Shown: positions 9,569 through 19,100, counted from the stretch's first letter. The stretch is DNA of 64,000 nucleotides from Candidatus Calditenuaceae archaeon (GCA_025058055.1 JANXEU010000007.1:379-64378); one strand, 5' to 3'. Numbers and translations: made by a program. The notes: generated by a model from the sequence alone, not told the origin.

Positions 9569-11992
9569 ATGCCCGAAGGGGGAGTTAAACCCGGCGAGCA
9601 CCGAACCCAGATGAAATTTAAGTGGATTGGAAGACCCATGAAGAGGAAAGAGGACCTGAGGTTCCTGACCGGAAAGGGGCTATTCACCGACGATCTGAAG
9701 ATTCATAACGCGCTTCACGCAGTTATCCTGAGAAGTCCATATCCGCATGCGAGGATAAAATCTATCGATACCCTCAGAGCGGAGAAGCTTCCTGGCGTTC
9801 GGGCGGTTTTAATTGGGGCGCACTTGAAAGACCTCATCTCACCCTTTAGGCACCTCATCGACGTCCCACCTTACTACCCAATGGCGGTTGACAAGGTTCG
9901 ATACGTCGGAGAGCCGGTGGTGGCGCTGGCTGCAGAGGACAAATACACCGCGAGGGACGCTACCGAATTGATCGACATCGATTACGAGCCTCTGGATGCC
10001 GTGGTGGATGTGAAAGACGCCTTGAGGGAGGGCGCGCCGCTGGTTCACGAGGGGTACGAGCGGAACGTTGCTTGGCACAGGGAGTTCTCGTACGGAGACC
10101 CGGAGGAGGCTTTTTCGAGAGCTGAATGGGTAGTCCGTGGCACTTACAGATTCCACAGGTACAGTTCCACGCCTCTGGAGCCCTACGCTTGTGCGGTCCA
10201 CTTCGACCGAGGCACGGGTGTACTGACGGTCTGGGACCAAAACCAACAGGTAGGGCTTTACAGGGCTAGGTTCCCAGCGGCCATGAGAATGCCAGAGCAC
10301 TTGGTCAGACACATCACTTTGGACATAGGTGGAGGGTTTGGAAACAAGGTTATGTGTTACAGCACCTCTGCAATCGTTGCAGCGCTCGGTATTCTCACTG
10401 AAAGACCTGTGAAGTGGATGGCCGCAAGGAGCGAGGACATGTCACAAGTCCAGTCTGCCGACAGGCTTGCGGAGGTTGAGATGGCTCTCAGGAAGAACGG
10501 TGAGATTATCGGAATGAAGGTCAAGATATTTGAGAACATAGGAGCTTGGCTGAGACATCCTGAACCTCAGACCATAACGAGAGGGTTCTTCACCTTCACC
10601 GGTGCGTACAGGATCAGGGACCTATACATCGACGCGACGGCGGTGTTCACGAACAAGGCCCCAACTGTCCCAAATAGAGGCTACGGATGCCATCCGGCGT
10701 ATTTCCATCTCGAGCGCATGGTCGATAAGGCGGCCACGGAGCTGGGGATCGACGGAGCAGAACTGCGTCTCAGGAACTTCGTCCGACCCGAGGAGATGCC
10801 ATACACGACTCCCCTTGGCTGTGTTTACGACGGCGGTGACTACCCTGAGGCCCTGAAGCTGGTGATGGAGAAGATAGGTTACTGGGAGTTCAGGAGGAAA
10901 CAGCCGGATTATTGGGCGAAAGGCGTATACAAGGGGATCGGAGCGATCCTGATAGTTGAGCCGGCCTCAACACACGCCTCCGTGACCGCTCTCTGGGGGT
11001 CACCGATTCACCAAAGGTACGCGAGCACAAGTGAAGCTGCGATGGTAAGGGTTCACCCTACAGGCAAAGTCGTAGCGGCCTTAGGTACTGTTCCTCAGGG
11101 ACAGGGACACGAGACAGTGGTTGCACAGATAGTTGCAGACGTGTTATCTATAGACCCTGATGACGTAGAGGTCTTGCCGGGTTTCGACTCTCACACGCAC
11201 CCGTTCGGTGGTGAGTCGGGAACCTACGCGAGCAGATTCGCGGTCGTCGGAGCGGGTGCCGTATACGGAGCTGCAGTCGCCGTGAGGGAGAAGGCGCTCA
11301 GGATCGCTGCTAACCTCCTTGAGGTGAGGGCCGAGGACCTAGAGATGCAGGACGGTCGCATTTACGTCAAGGAGGATCCGAGCAGGTACGTCACTTTACG
11401 GGAGGTTGCCAGAGCAGCCTACCATCAGCTCGCCATGCTGCCGAAGGGCGAGGATCCCGGGCTCGAGGAGACATACACCTACAGGTTCCCTGTGGGCGAA
11501 CCGGCAGACGAGAAACTGAGATCGAACTACAGCTCATCATATGCATACATGGCGGGCGGCTGTATCGTGGAGGTAGACCCTGAGACTGGAAGCGTGAAGG
11601 TTGAGAGGCTGGTGATCGTGCACGACGCAGGCACCGTTCTGAACCCGCTGATCATGGACGGACAGGTTCACGGCGCTACGTACCATGGCATCGCAGGAGC
11701 GCTCCTGGAGGAGTTCGCGTACTCTCAGGACGGTTATCCTCTCGCTACGAACTTCGTCGACTACTTGGCACCAACTTCGGCAGACACACCAGACATGGAG
11801 GTGTACCACACCGAGCACCCCTCTCCCTTCTCGCCACTCGGGTCAAAGGGCAGTGGAGAGGGAACCACTATTCTGATGCCGCCACTGCTTGCATGTGCCG
11901 TTGAAGACGCCCTGAGGCCCTTCGCAGTCGAAGTGAACGAGCTCCCTCTCTCACCGCAAAGGTTGTGGAGCCTTATCGCCCGGCGGCGATGA
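9569..11992 (+). CDS. Molybdopterin-dependent hydroxylase large subunit, second tandem paralog
   Basis: 807 aa. Same family as the upstream paralog but with a deviant loop (VPNRGYGCHPAYFHLERMVD). The start could alternatively be ATG 9611 (MKFKWIGRP). Confidence 0.8.
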   Translation: MPEGGVKPGEHRTQMKFKWIGRPMKRKEDLRFLTGKGLFTDDLKIHNALHAVILRSPYPHARIKSIDTLRAEKLPGVRAVLIGAHLKDLISPFRHLIDVPPYYPMAVDKVRYVGEPVVALAAEDKYTARDATELIDIDYEPLDAVVDVKDALREGAPLVHEGYERNVAWHREFSYGDPEEAFSRAEWVVRGTYRFHRYSSTPLEPYACAVHFDRGTGVLTVWDQNQQVGLYRARFPAAMRMPEHLVRHITLDIGGGFGNKVMCYSTSAIVAALGILTERPVKWMAARSEDMSQVQSADRLAEVEMALRKNGEIIGMKVKIFENIGAWLRHPEPQTITRGFFTFTGAYRIRDLYIDATAVFTNKAPTVPNRGYGCHPAYFHLERMVDKAATELGIDGAELRLRNFVRPEEMPYTTPLGCVYDGGDYPEALKLVMEKIGYWEFRRKQPDYWAKGVYKGIGAILIVEPASTHASVTALWGSPIHQRYASTSEAAMVRVHPTGKVVAALGTVPQGQGHETVVAQIVADVLSIDPDDVEVLPGFDSHTHPFGGESGTYASRFAVVGAGAVYGAAVAVREKALRIAANLLEVRAEDLEMQDGRIYVKEDPSRYVTLREVARAAYHQLAMLPKGEDPGLEETYTYRFPVGEPADEKLRSNYSSSYAYMAGGCIVEVDPETGSVKVERLVIVHDAGTVLNPLIMDGQVHGATYHGIAGALLEEFAYSQDGYPLATNFVDYLAPTSADTPDMEVYHTEHPSPFSPLGSKGSGEGTTILMPPLLACAVEDALRPFAVEVNELPLSPQRLWSLIARRR

Positions 11993-12604
11993 AATTATCT
12001 CAATCAGGTCGGACCTCGTGAGTTTAACGTTGTAGAGGCTAGAGAACTTCCATAGCCCAAAGAGCTGTGCGGCTGGGGTCCTATCGGCTACACAGTCCAC
12101 AGGAACCACCACCCTGTAACCTCTGTGAAAGAGCCCAGACACTGTGTGATAGACGCAAGTAGTTGTCACGGCACCCGCAACAACTATCGTGGACCTTTCA
12201 GGCTTCAACCCGCGTGATTTGAGAGCTGCCTCCAATTCCGAGCTTAAGAAGGGATCGTAACAGTCCTTCTCAACTACAACGTCGGTTGGCGTGAGGTTCA
12301 GCTCGTCTACCAACTCGAACCCCCACTCACCTTTACGTGGATACGTCCTTGACTCTAGACCGGCGAACCTCGGATCCTTAGGATCGAAGTGAACTTTGGT
12401 GAAGAAGACCCACGCACCATGAGCTCGAAACACATCGAGAAGTCTTATGACGTTGGGTAGTATCTCTTGAGAAGTCTCAAGATATTTGCGACCTCGCGGA
12501 TGACAATATTCACGTTGAAGGTCCACTACGATTAAAGCGTCGGAACTTCTGTCGAGCTTAATCGCGACCGGTTCGGGAACGCTCCATTCCTCGGGAATGG
12601 ACAT
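11951..12604 (-). CDS. Isochorismatase-family (cysteine) hydrolase
   Basis: The ORF track's start is TTG at 12631. The more plausible ATG at 12604 gives MSIPEEW... The isochorismatase hallmark ALIVVDLQREY is present. It sits 15-40 nt downstream of livM on the same strand. Confidence 0.6.
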   Translation of the reverse strand: MSIPEEWSVPEPVAIKLDRSSDALIVVDLQREYCHPRGRKYLETSQEILPNVIRLLDVFRAHGAWVFFTKVHFDPKDPRFAGLESRTYPRKGEWGFELVDELNLTPTDVVVEKDCYDPFLSSELEAALKSRGLKPERSTIVVAGAVTTTCVYHTVSGLFHRGYRVVVPVDCVADRTPAAQLFGLWKFSSLYNVKLTRSDLIEIISSPPGDKAPQPLR

Positions 12605-12646
12605 CAACGCGTTTTTGAACTTAGTGCGCAACTTAGATTCCCCACC

Positions 12647-13621
12647 TCAAAATATCAAACTGGTCCATCGTCTTAGAACCGAGACGAGCCCGTTTCTGAA
12701 AACGGAGAACAATATAACAAGCACCGCACCGTACACGCTGAGTGATATGGGTCCCAAATACCGAACATTTTCGTTGATGTACGTAAAGATAACAGAACCT
12801 ATAACGGGTCCCATGACAGATGCCAACCCGCCAAAAACCGCCATTACCTGAGAAAGGATGTCTATGCTCGCAAAAGAGTAGTAGATAGGAGCGACCAGCC
12901 CATTGAAGTATCCGTAGAGGGCTCCTGCTGCACCGATGACGAAACCAGATATCGAGGCTACAATCACCTTGACACGTGTAACGTTAATTCCGACGACCTC
13001 CGAGGCCAGCTCCTCGCTCTTTACAGCCTTCATTATAAGACCCCATCTGCTCCTTTCCAACAACCAGTACCTTACGACAATCCACAGAATCGCCAAAGAG
13101 ACCGCTATGAAGTAGTTCGTCAATTCCAAACCCAGTGTCGCTTCCAATGGGCCCAGGCTGAGGGTGGGTGGCCGAAAGCCTGTGTCACCTCCTGTGACGC
13201 TGACTAAACCAGTTACGACGTTCTCGAAGATGAGCTGAAAAGAGAGCGTTAGGATCGCAACGAAAGCGACTCCAAGCTTTCTGACGTTAGACACGTAGCT
13301 CAGACCCGCCGCGACTCCGGCCGACATCACCGAACCGATTACTATAGTAAGCCACTGACTCAACCCGAAGTGAAGGCTGAGCAAGCCGCTGACATAGGCT
13401 GAGATCCCCGCTAGCGCAGCGACGCAGAGGAAGAGCTGATTCGTTCCGCCGAACAGAAGCGCAAAGGAACCTGCGAACACGGTGAAGTACGCCATTTGAG
13501 TCAAAATCCTCCAGTAGTATCGTCCGGTGAAGACGAAAGGGAGAACTATCAGAACCGCGATGAGGGCTAGCAGCGCGTAAAACTTGAGACTGTCTGATGT
13601 CAGACCGGAGCTGGGTCGCAA
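12647..13621 (-). CDS. livM: Branched-chain amino acid-type ABC transporter permease (LivM-like)
   Basis: 324 aa polytopic membrane protein with the LivM/BPD_transp_2 pattern. Confidence 0.75.
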   Translation of the reverse strand: MRPSSGLTSDSLKFYALLALIAVLIVLPFVFTGRYYWRILTQMAYFTVFAGSFALLFGGTNQLFLCVAALAGISAYVSGLLSLHFGLSQWLTIVIGSVMSAGVAAGLSYVSNVRKLGVAFVAILTLSFQLIFENVVTGLVSVTGGDTGFRPPTLSLGPLEATLGLELTNYFIAVSLAILWIVVRYWLLERSRWGLIMKAVKSEELASEVVGINVTRVKVIVASISGFVIGAAGALYGYFNGLVAPIYYSFASIDILSQVMAVFGGLASVMGPVIGSVIFTYINENVRYLGPISLSVYGAVLVILFSVFRNGLVSVLRRWTSLIF

Positions 13622-13632
13622 ATCCTCCTCCC

Positions 13633-14322
13633 CTACGGAGCCATTGGGAATTCCTGCACACCTTTCTCCCTGAAGACCTTCTCGAAACCGTAGATCTCGT
13701 ATGAAGTCTTGCCTTGGTCGTAGAGCCTCCTGCTCTCCCTCTCCCTCTCCTCCCTCTGCTTGGCTCGCTGCAAAACTTCCGCCGCTATCTCCCGAGGTAC
13801 AACCACTACACCGTCGTCGTCACCTACTATCACATCACCAGGTTTCACTAGGACTCCGCCGCAGATGACAGGCACGTTGATTGAACCCGGGTGCATCTTC
13901 GAGGACCCAATCGGGGAGACGTGTCGCGCGAACACTGGAAAACCCATCCTCCGGATCTCGGCAACATCTCTAACCGAACCGTCAACGACCACGCCGGCGA
14001 TGCCTTGACGCTTCGCCTGATAGCTCATCAAACCTCCCCACATGACGCCTAGAAGTCCGCTAGCGGCGATCACGATGACGTCACCTGGCTTGGCGAGGGC
14101 CATTGCTCTGTGCACCGTAACGTTGTCTGCGGGGTAACTGTTCACAGTGAGGGCAGGTCCAACCAGCTTAACGTCTTGTGCTATAGGCTTGATCTCAGGG
14201 TCCATAACGCACCTGTATTCCTTACTGATCGACTCGTAAACTGTTGAAGCCCCGAGGTCTTTGAAAGCATCTATTATCTCCCTCGGTAACTTAGGAAAAT
14301 CCCTGTAGACTATCGAGGTCAT
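13633..14322 (-). CDS. RraA-family protein / class II HMG-CHA aldolase-like (4-hydroxy-4-methyl-2-oxoglutarate aldolase family)
   Basis: ~229 aa from ATG 14322 (MTSIVYRDFPKLPREIIDAFKDL...). The ORF track starts at GTG 14343. RraA fold motifs are present (GDVIVIAASG...GGLMS...GIAGVVVDGSVRD..GDVIVGDDDGVVVVP), plus a ~60 aa C-terminal extension as in ProA/LigK-type aldolases. Confidence 0.7.
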   Translation of the reverse strand: MTSIVYRDFPKLPREIIDAFKDLGASTVYESISKEYRCVMDPEIKPIAQDVKLVGPALTVNSYPADNVTVHRAMALAKPGDVIVIAASGLLGVMWGGLMSYQAKRQGIAGVVVDGSVRDVAEIRRMGFPVFARHVSPIGSSKMHPGSINVPVICGGVLVKPGDVIVGDDDGVVVVPREIAAEVLQRAKQREERERESRRLYDQGKTSYEIYGFEKVFREKGVQEFPMAP

Positions 14323-14381
14323 CCTTATCCCGGAGGATGCCACCTGCTAATATATCTGATTCGCGTCTGTTTGAGAACGGT

Positions 14382-15275
14382 TCACTCGAACTCTCCGAGA
14401 ATCCCCTCGGGTCTGCTGAGGAGGACGACAGCAGCTGCCAACAACATTATCACCACGGACATGAAGGTGCCGACCAAGAAGCTCGCAACCATGTAAACTA
14501 TCCCCAGCAGAACACCCGATATGACCGTTCCCAGGATGCTTCTCACGCCGCCGACCACGCTGATCAACAGCGCGAGCACCGTAATCTCTATGCCAGACTC
14601 AGGCCCAATAGTGGCCGCCAACCCCCTCATTATGCCCGCAGCTCCAGCGAGGCCGCAACCCAGCACGAAGGTGATGAGCCTCATTCTGTCAATGGGGATG
14701 CCCGTAATCTCTGCTCCGGTCTCGTTCTGAGAGACTGCCCTTATGGCCTTACCTATTATCGTCGCCCTCAAGAGCGCTGCTAGAAGCATGAGCAACCCCA
14801 AGGATATGAGAGCGGAGAGGATCGCCGAAAACCGAAACGACATCCCCATAATCGTGATGGTCTGAACCTCGGGTCTGATAGAAAGGTAAACTGTCGGGAA
14901 CTGATTGGTGAAGTAGCCGTGAAGCAAAAGATAGAGGCCCAAAGTGATGAAGAGCCCGAGGAGCACGCGCTGCTCGCCCACGGACCTGAAGGCCGGCAGC
15001 AGAACCACCTTATAGACGAAGCCTCCGAAGGCGGCTGCGAGAGCAACACCTGCGAATGTTGCAGGGAAGACACCAATCGAGGGAATGAGCAGTGCCGCCG
15101 AGACGGAGGCGATCACCGCGAACTCGCCGTGTGAGATGTTGAGAATGTGAGCCTGACCGAATATCATTGTGATTCCGACAGCGACTAGTGCCAGCTGAAG
15201 CCCAAAAGTCACGCCGTCAACGATAATCACAGGCAGCTGCGAGATAAGGACAGCGGGGTTTTCTGCCACCATCAC
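14382..15275 (-). CDS. livH: Branched-chain amino acid-type ABC transporter permease (LivH-like)
   Basis: 297 aa membrane protein. It overlaps the livF stop by 4 nt. Confidence 0.75.
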   Translation of the reverse strand: MMVAENPAVLISQLPVIIVDGVTFGLQLALVAVGITMIFGQAHILNISHGEFAVIASVSAALLIPSIGVFPATFAGVALAAAFGGFVYKVVLLPAFRSVGEQRVLLGLFITLGLYLLLHGYFTNQFPTVYLSIRPEVQTITIMGMSFRFSAILSALISLGLLMLLAALLRATIIGKAIRAVSQNETGAEITGIPIDRMRLITFVLGCGLAGAAGIMRGLAATIGPESGIEITVLALLISVVGGVRSILGTVISGVLLGIVYMVASFLVGTFMSVVIMLLAAAVVLLSRPEGILGEFE

Positions 15276-15997
15276 GATCCACCGAGATAGTTGGCTCTCA
15301 CCCGTGGGTCTTGAGTCAGCACACGTGCGTCGCCTTTCATAACCACACGCCCACCCTCAAGCACGTAGACGAGCTCGCAGACCTTGAGCACAAGAGTTAC
15401 CTTCTGCTCTACCAGCAGTATCGTGAGGTCCTCGTTAAGGTCGCTGAGAAGGCGAAGCGAGTTGAAAAGCTCCTCCGTCAATAGAGGCGCCAGACCAGTC
15501 GACGGTTCGTCCAGTAAAAGAAGTCGGGGAGAGGACATCAAAGCCCTTCCGATGGCGAGCATTTGTTGCTCTCCACCGCTGAGCGTTCCCGCCTTCTGGT
15601 TCAACCGCTCGCGCAACCTTGGGAACAAGGAGAAGACGTAATCGAGGTTCTTCTCTATCTGGTCCTTGGCACGCGCCGTGTACGCACCTAGCTCAAGGAT
15701 CTCCTTCACAGTCATTTTCGGGAAAAGTTCCTTCTCAGCAGGAACGTACGCAATCCCCATCTTGACCCTCTCGTACGCAGGTACACCGTTTAGCCGCTTC
15801 CCCTCGAGAATTACCTCGCCCTTCTTAGGTTGTATGAGGCCAGCAACGGCCCTCATGAGAGTGGTCTTTCCAGCTCCGTTAGGCCCAATAACTCCAACTC
15901 TCATCCTCCGCTCAGGGATCTCTAAGTTAACCCCCCAAAGGACCTGAAACTCACCGTAACCAGCCTCTAGACCCTTTACCTCTAGGTAGGCGGTCAA
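15272..15997 (-). CDS. livF: ABC transporter ATP-binding protein (LivF-like)
   Basis: Walker A GPNGAGKTT, signature LSGGEQQ, Walker B LLLLDEP. Confidence 0.8.
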   Translation of the reverse strand: MTAYLEVKGLEAGYGEFQVLWGVNLEIPERRMRVGVIGPNGAGKTTLMRAVAGLIQPKKGEVILEGKRLNGVPAYERVKMGIAYVPAEKELFPKMTVKEILELGAYTARAKDQIEKNLDYVFSLFPRLRERLNQKAGTLSGGEQQMLAIGRALMSSPRLLLLDEPSTGLAPLLTEELFNSLRLLSDLNEDLTILLVEQKVTLVLKVCELVYVLEGGRVVMKGDARVLTQDPRVRANYLGGS

Positions 15998-16737
15998 ATC
16001 TCCACGCTCCTCCCGAGATATGCCTCGATTACCCTGCTGCTCTCCGCAATCTCAGACGGCGTACCCTCTGCTATGATCTCACCGAAATTCAGAACAACGA
16101 CCCTCTGCGCCAACCTCATTACAGCCCTGAGAAGGTGCTCTATCCAGAGAATCGTAACGCCGCTCTCCTCGTTCACCCTCCTCAACAGCTTTACAGCCTC
16201 GTCCACTTCAGAGGGGTTTAACCCGCTCATGTACTCGTCAACGAGAAGGAGTTTCGGCTGCTGGACGAGGGCCCTCGCGAGTTCGACGGACTTCTTCTCC
16301 TGCAGGTTCAGCTTCTTCACCTCGATGTCCGCTTTACTCTCCAAACCCAAGAACCTCAGGACCTCCTCGGCTATACTTGTAGCGTCGGGCACCCCTCGTG
16401 CTCTCCCGCTCCCTATCGCGCCCACAGCGACGTTCTCTATGACCGTCATGTCACCGAAGGGCCGTGGAATTTGGAAGGTCCTCGACATCCCTAAACGCGC
16501 TCTCTCATAGGGCGGCAGTTTAGTGACGTCCCGACCGTAAAAGACTACTCTACCTGACGTGGGTGGGTAGAGGCCGTTGATCACGTTGAAGAGGGTTGTT
16601 TTCCCCGCCCCGTTAGGCCCTATTATCGCGAGAATCTCACCTTCCGATACGGAGAACGAGACGTTCTTCAGCGCCGGCAACCCACCAAAGCGCTTGCTGA
16701 CCTGATCTAAGGAGAGCGCGACAGGCCGACGATCCAT
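15994..16737 (-). CDS. livG: ABC transporter ATP-binding protein (LivG-like)
   Basis: Walker A GPNGAGKTT, signature MSGLNPSE-like, LLLVDE Walker B. It has a 4-nt overlap with livF. Confidence 0.8.
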   Translation of the reverse strand: MDRRPVALSLDQVSKRFGGLPALKNVSFSVSEGEILAIIGPNGAGKTTLFNVINGLYPPTSGRVVFYGRDVTKLPPYERARLGMSRTFQIPRPFGDMTVIENVAVGAIGSGRARGVPDATSIAEEVLRFLGLESKADIEVKKLNLQEKKSVELARALVQQPKLLLVDEYMSGLNPSEVDEAVKLLRRVNEESGVTILWIEHLLRAVMRLAQRVVVLNFGEIIAEGTPSEIAESSRVIEAYLGRSVEI

Positions 16738-16937
16738 TCTTCCACTGCATACTTTTGAATGATATTTAAATGTATAACATCAGGTACCTAAGTAAGGGAA
16801 AGTCGTGCGGTGAAGGTCTTTCACGTCGTCCGAGGAGAAGTCGGTTAATACCGCGTGAAAAACGCGGCACGGCCCCTCGATTCGCCTAAAAAGATATAAA
16901 AGGGGTGCTGTCTTTCTGCGGCCAGAGTAGGCAAGAA

Positions 16938-18857
16938 ATGGCGCGACACAGCCGCGACCTGAAGGACATGTACGAGTGGGCTGAATCGGACTACTTAGGG
17001 TTCTGGAAGAGCTTCGCTTCAAACGTGGACTGGTTCAGCAAATGGGACGAGGAGTTCTCTTGGGATCGAGAGGAGCACAAGTTCGAATGGTTCCGCGGCG
17101 CACAGACTAATTTATGCTATAACTGCGTCGATAGACATGCCACCGATCCGGAGCTCAGATGGAAACCCGCAATAGTGTGGTGGTCTGAGGGTGCCTCTTC
17201 GAGGAGGGCAATAACCTATTGCGAGTTGTTGGATAGGGTCAGCAGATTCGCCGCTGTTTTGAGGGACAGCGACGTGAAAAGAGGGGACAGGGTAGGGATC
17301 TACATGTCAATGGTGCCTGAGGCCCTGATAGCCATGCTCGCAGCGGTCCGAATTGGGGCGATCCACGTGAACTTCTTCTCCGGCTTGGGAGTGGAATCCG
17401 TTGCGAAGAGGGTCTCTGAGGTCTCACCGAAGATCATGATTGCATTGGACGTGGCCTATCGGCGCGGAAGAGAAATTCAACTCAAAAGTACGCTAGATGA
17501 AGCGCTAGAACTCTCAGGTCATCGTTGCAAGGTGCTCCTCTTTGAACGCAGGCCTGAAGGTGAACCACGCTTGGTGAACGGCGACGAGCGCCTCAGGCCG
17601 ACCACCCTCTCAGACGCGAGTGATCGCGACCGCGTCGAATGCTCGAAGATGGAGTCCAACGAACCAGCTTTCATCAACTTCACCTCTGGCACTACTGGAC
17701 GACCTAAGGGAGTAGTCCATGTTCACGGCGGTTTTCAAGTTGGAATGCCTGCGGCTACGCACATGACGTGCGGTATGAGAGCAGAAGACGTCAGCTTCTG
17801 TCTGGCAGACATAGGATGGATCGGAGGTACTGCTTATGCGGTTTACGCGCCTTTGTTTTTCGGGAGCACTACCGTGCTTTATGAGGGAGCGATCGATTAC
17901 CCGACATCCGACGTCCTTTGGAAGATCGTAGAGGCCGAGCGCGTCACTCTCATGTGGACCTCGCCCACCGCGATGAGATTGCTGATGAAGCACGGCCCTG
18001 AACCGGCAAGGAAACACGACATCACAAGCCTGCGATATGTCCTCTGTGGAGGCGAAGTCCTAACATCACCCGTTAGGAAATGGTTCGAGGAGAACGTTTT
18101 ACCTGAGGGAACGGTGCTCATCGATCACATGGGACAGACCGAGGCAGGATGTATGATGATAACTTACCCATTTGGGCTTGCGAGCGACCTGATCATTAAA
18201 CCCGGTGCTTGTGGCTTCCCGCTGCCCGGGATGATCGTGAGAGTCGTCGGTGAGGACGGAAAGCCCGTGCCGGTGGGGGTGAAAGGTGAGATGGTCGTCG
18301 AGAAGCCATTCCCAAGTCTTACGCCGACCGTCTGGGGCGACCACTCGAGATACGTTGAGGATTACTGGAGCAAATACCCTGGAAGGTACAGAGTGGGCGA
18401 TATGGCGTACGTCGATGCGGATGGTTACGTCTACTTGTTGGGTAGGGCTGATGAGACGCTCAAGGTCTCGGGACATAGGATTGGTGCGCCTGAGCTCGAG
18501 ACGGTTATTTCAGAGCTGCCAGAGGTCGCTGAGGTGGCTGTCGTTGGGGTCCCTGATGAAGTCAAAGGCGAGGTAGCCGTAGCCTACGTCGTTCTGAGGC
18601 AGGGCAAATCCCCCTCTAAGGATCTGACTGATGCCATCGCTACAGAGGTAAAGAGAAAGTACGGCGCGATCGCCGATGTCAGATATGTCGTGTTCGTGAG
18701 CTCCCTACCGAAGACACGGACCGGTAAGATAATGAGACACCTTCTCAAGGCCATCGCCCGAAGAACGGAGCTCCCCGATTACTCGAACATAGAGGAGGAG
18801 TCCATCGTCGCAGAGTTAGTGGCTAAAACGAATGAAGCGCTACAGAATGGGAAATGA
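16938..18857 (+). CDS. AMP-forming acetyl-CoA/short-chain acyl-CoA synthetase (ACS family)
   Basis: ACS N-terminal domain (DYLGFWKSFA...), P-loop FTSGTTGRPKGVVH, C-terminal LPKTRTGKIMR. The ORF track starts at GTG 16905; ATG 16938 (MARHSRDLKDMYEW) is preferred. Confidence 0.8.
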   Translation: MARHSRDLKDMYEWAESDYLGFWKSFASNVDWFSKWDEEFSWDREEHKFEWFRGAQTNLCYNCVDRHATDPELRWKPAIVWWSEGASSRRAITYCELLDRVSRFAAVLRDSDVKRGDRVGIYMSMVPEALIAMLAAVRIGAIHVNFFSGLGVESVAKRVSEVSPKIMIALDVAYRRGREIQLKSTLDEALELSGHRCKVLLFERRPEGEPRLVNGDERLRPTTLSDASDRDRVECSKMESNEPAFINFTSGTTGRPKGVVHVHGGFQVGMPAATHMTCGMRAEDVSFCLADIGWIGGTAYAVYAPLFFGSTTVLYEGAIDYPTSDVLWKIVEAERVTLMWTSPTAMRLLMKHGPEPARKHDITSLRYVLCGGEVLTSPVRKWFEENVLPEGTVLIDHMGQTEAGCMMITYPFGLASDLIIKPGACGFPLPGMIVRVVGEDGKPVPVGVKGEMVVEKPFPSLTPTVWGDHSRYVEDYWSKYPGRYRVGDMAYVDADGYVYLLGRADETLKVSGHRIGAPELETVISELPEVAEVAVVGVPDEVKGEVAVAYVVLRQGKSPSKDLTDAIATEVKRKYGAIADVRYVVFVSSLPKTRTGKIMRHLLKAIARRTELPDYSNIEEESIVAELVAKTNEALQNGK

Positions 18858-19090
18858 ATTCGTTTACAGCTCAAGGTATGATAGTGCGTTGAACCATAGA
18901 AACGTCGAGCGATCTCAAGCATGGTTTAATGAGCTTCTGCCTTCGGACATACCTCACGTTCGTGATCGCCCAGAGCCTAGACCCGAGAAGTTTTCTTCTC
19001 CTGTTGATGAATCCGTCGACGTCCCTTACGCGCTATCCAATTTCAGATTGAGAACCTGATTGTGTCATTGCACGCCTATCCGATTCAACA

Positions 19091-19100
19091 CGTTGATATA
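19091..19100 (+). promoter_or_regulatory. TATA box upstream of the SDR gene
   Basis: tgatataaag lies about 28-37 nt upstream of ATG 19128. Confidence 0.4.

Noticed and set aside
14337-15134. Plus-strand ORFs (148, 69, 71 aa) overlapping livH
   Set aside because: They are antisense to a strongly supported permease gene and show Arg/His/Gln-rich low-complexity translations.
18832-19059. 75-aa ORF between ACS and the SDR gene
   Set aside because: It overlaps the ACS 3' end, has no motifs, and the region better serves as a promoter (TATA at 19091) for the SDR gene.
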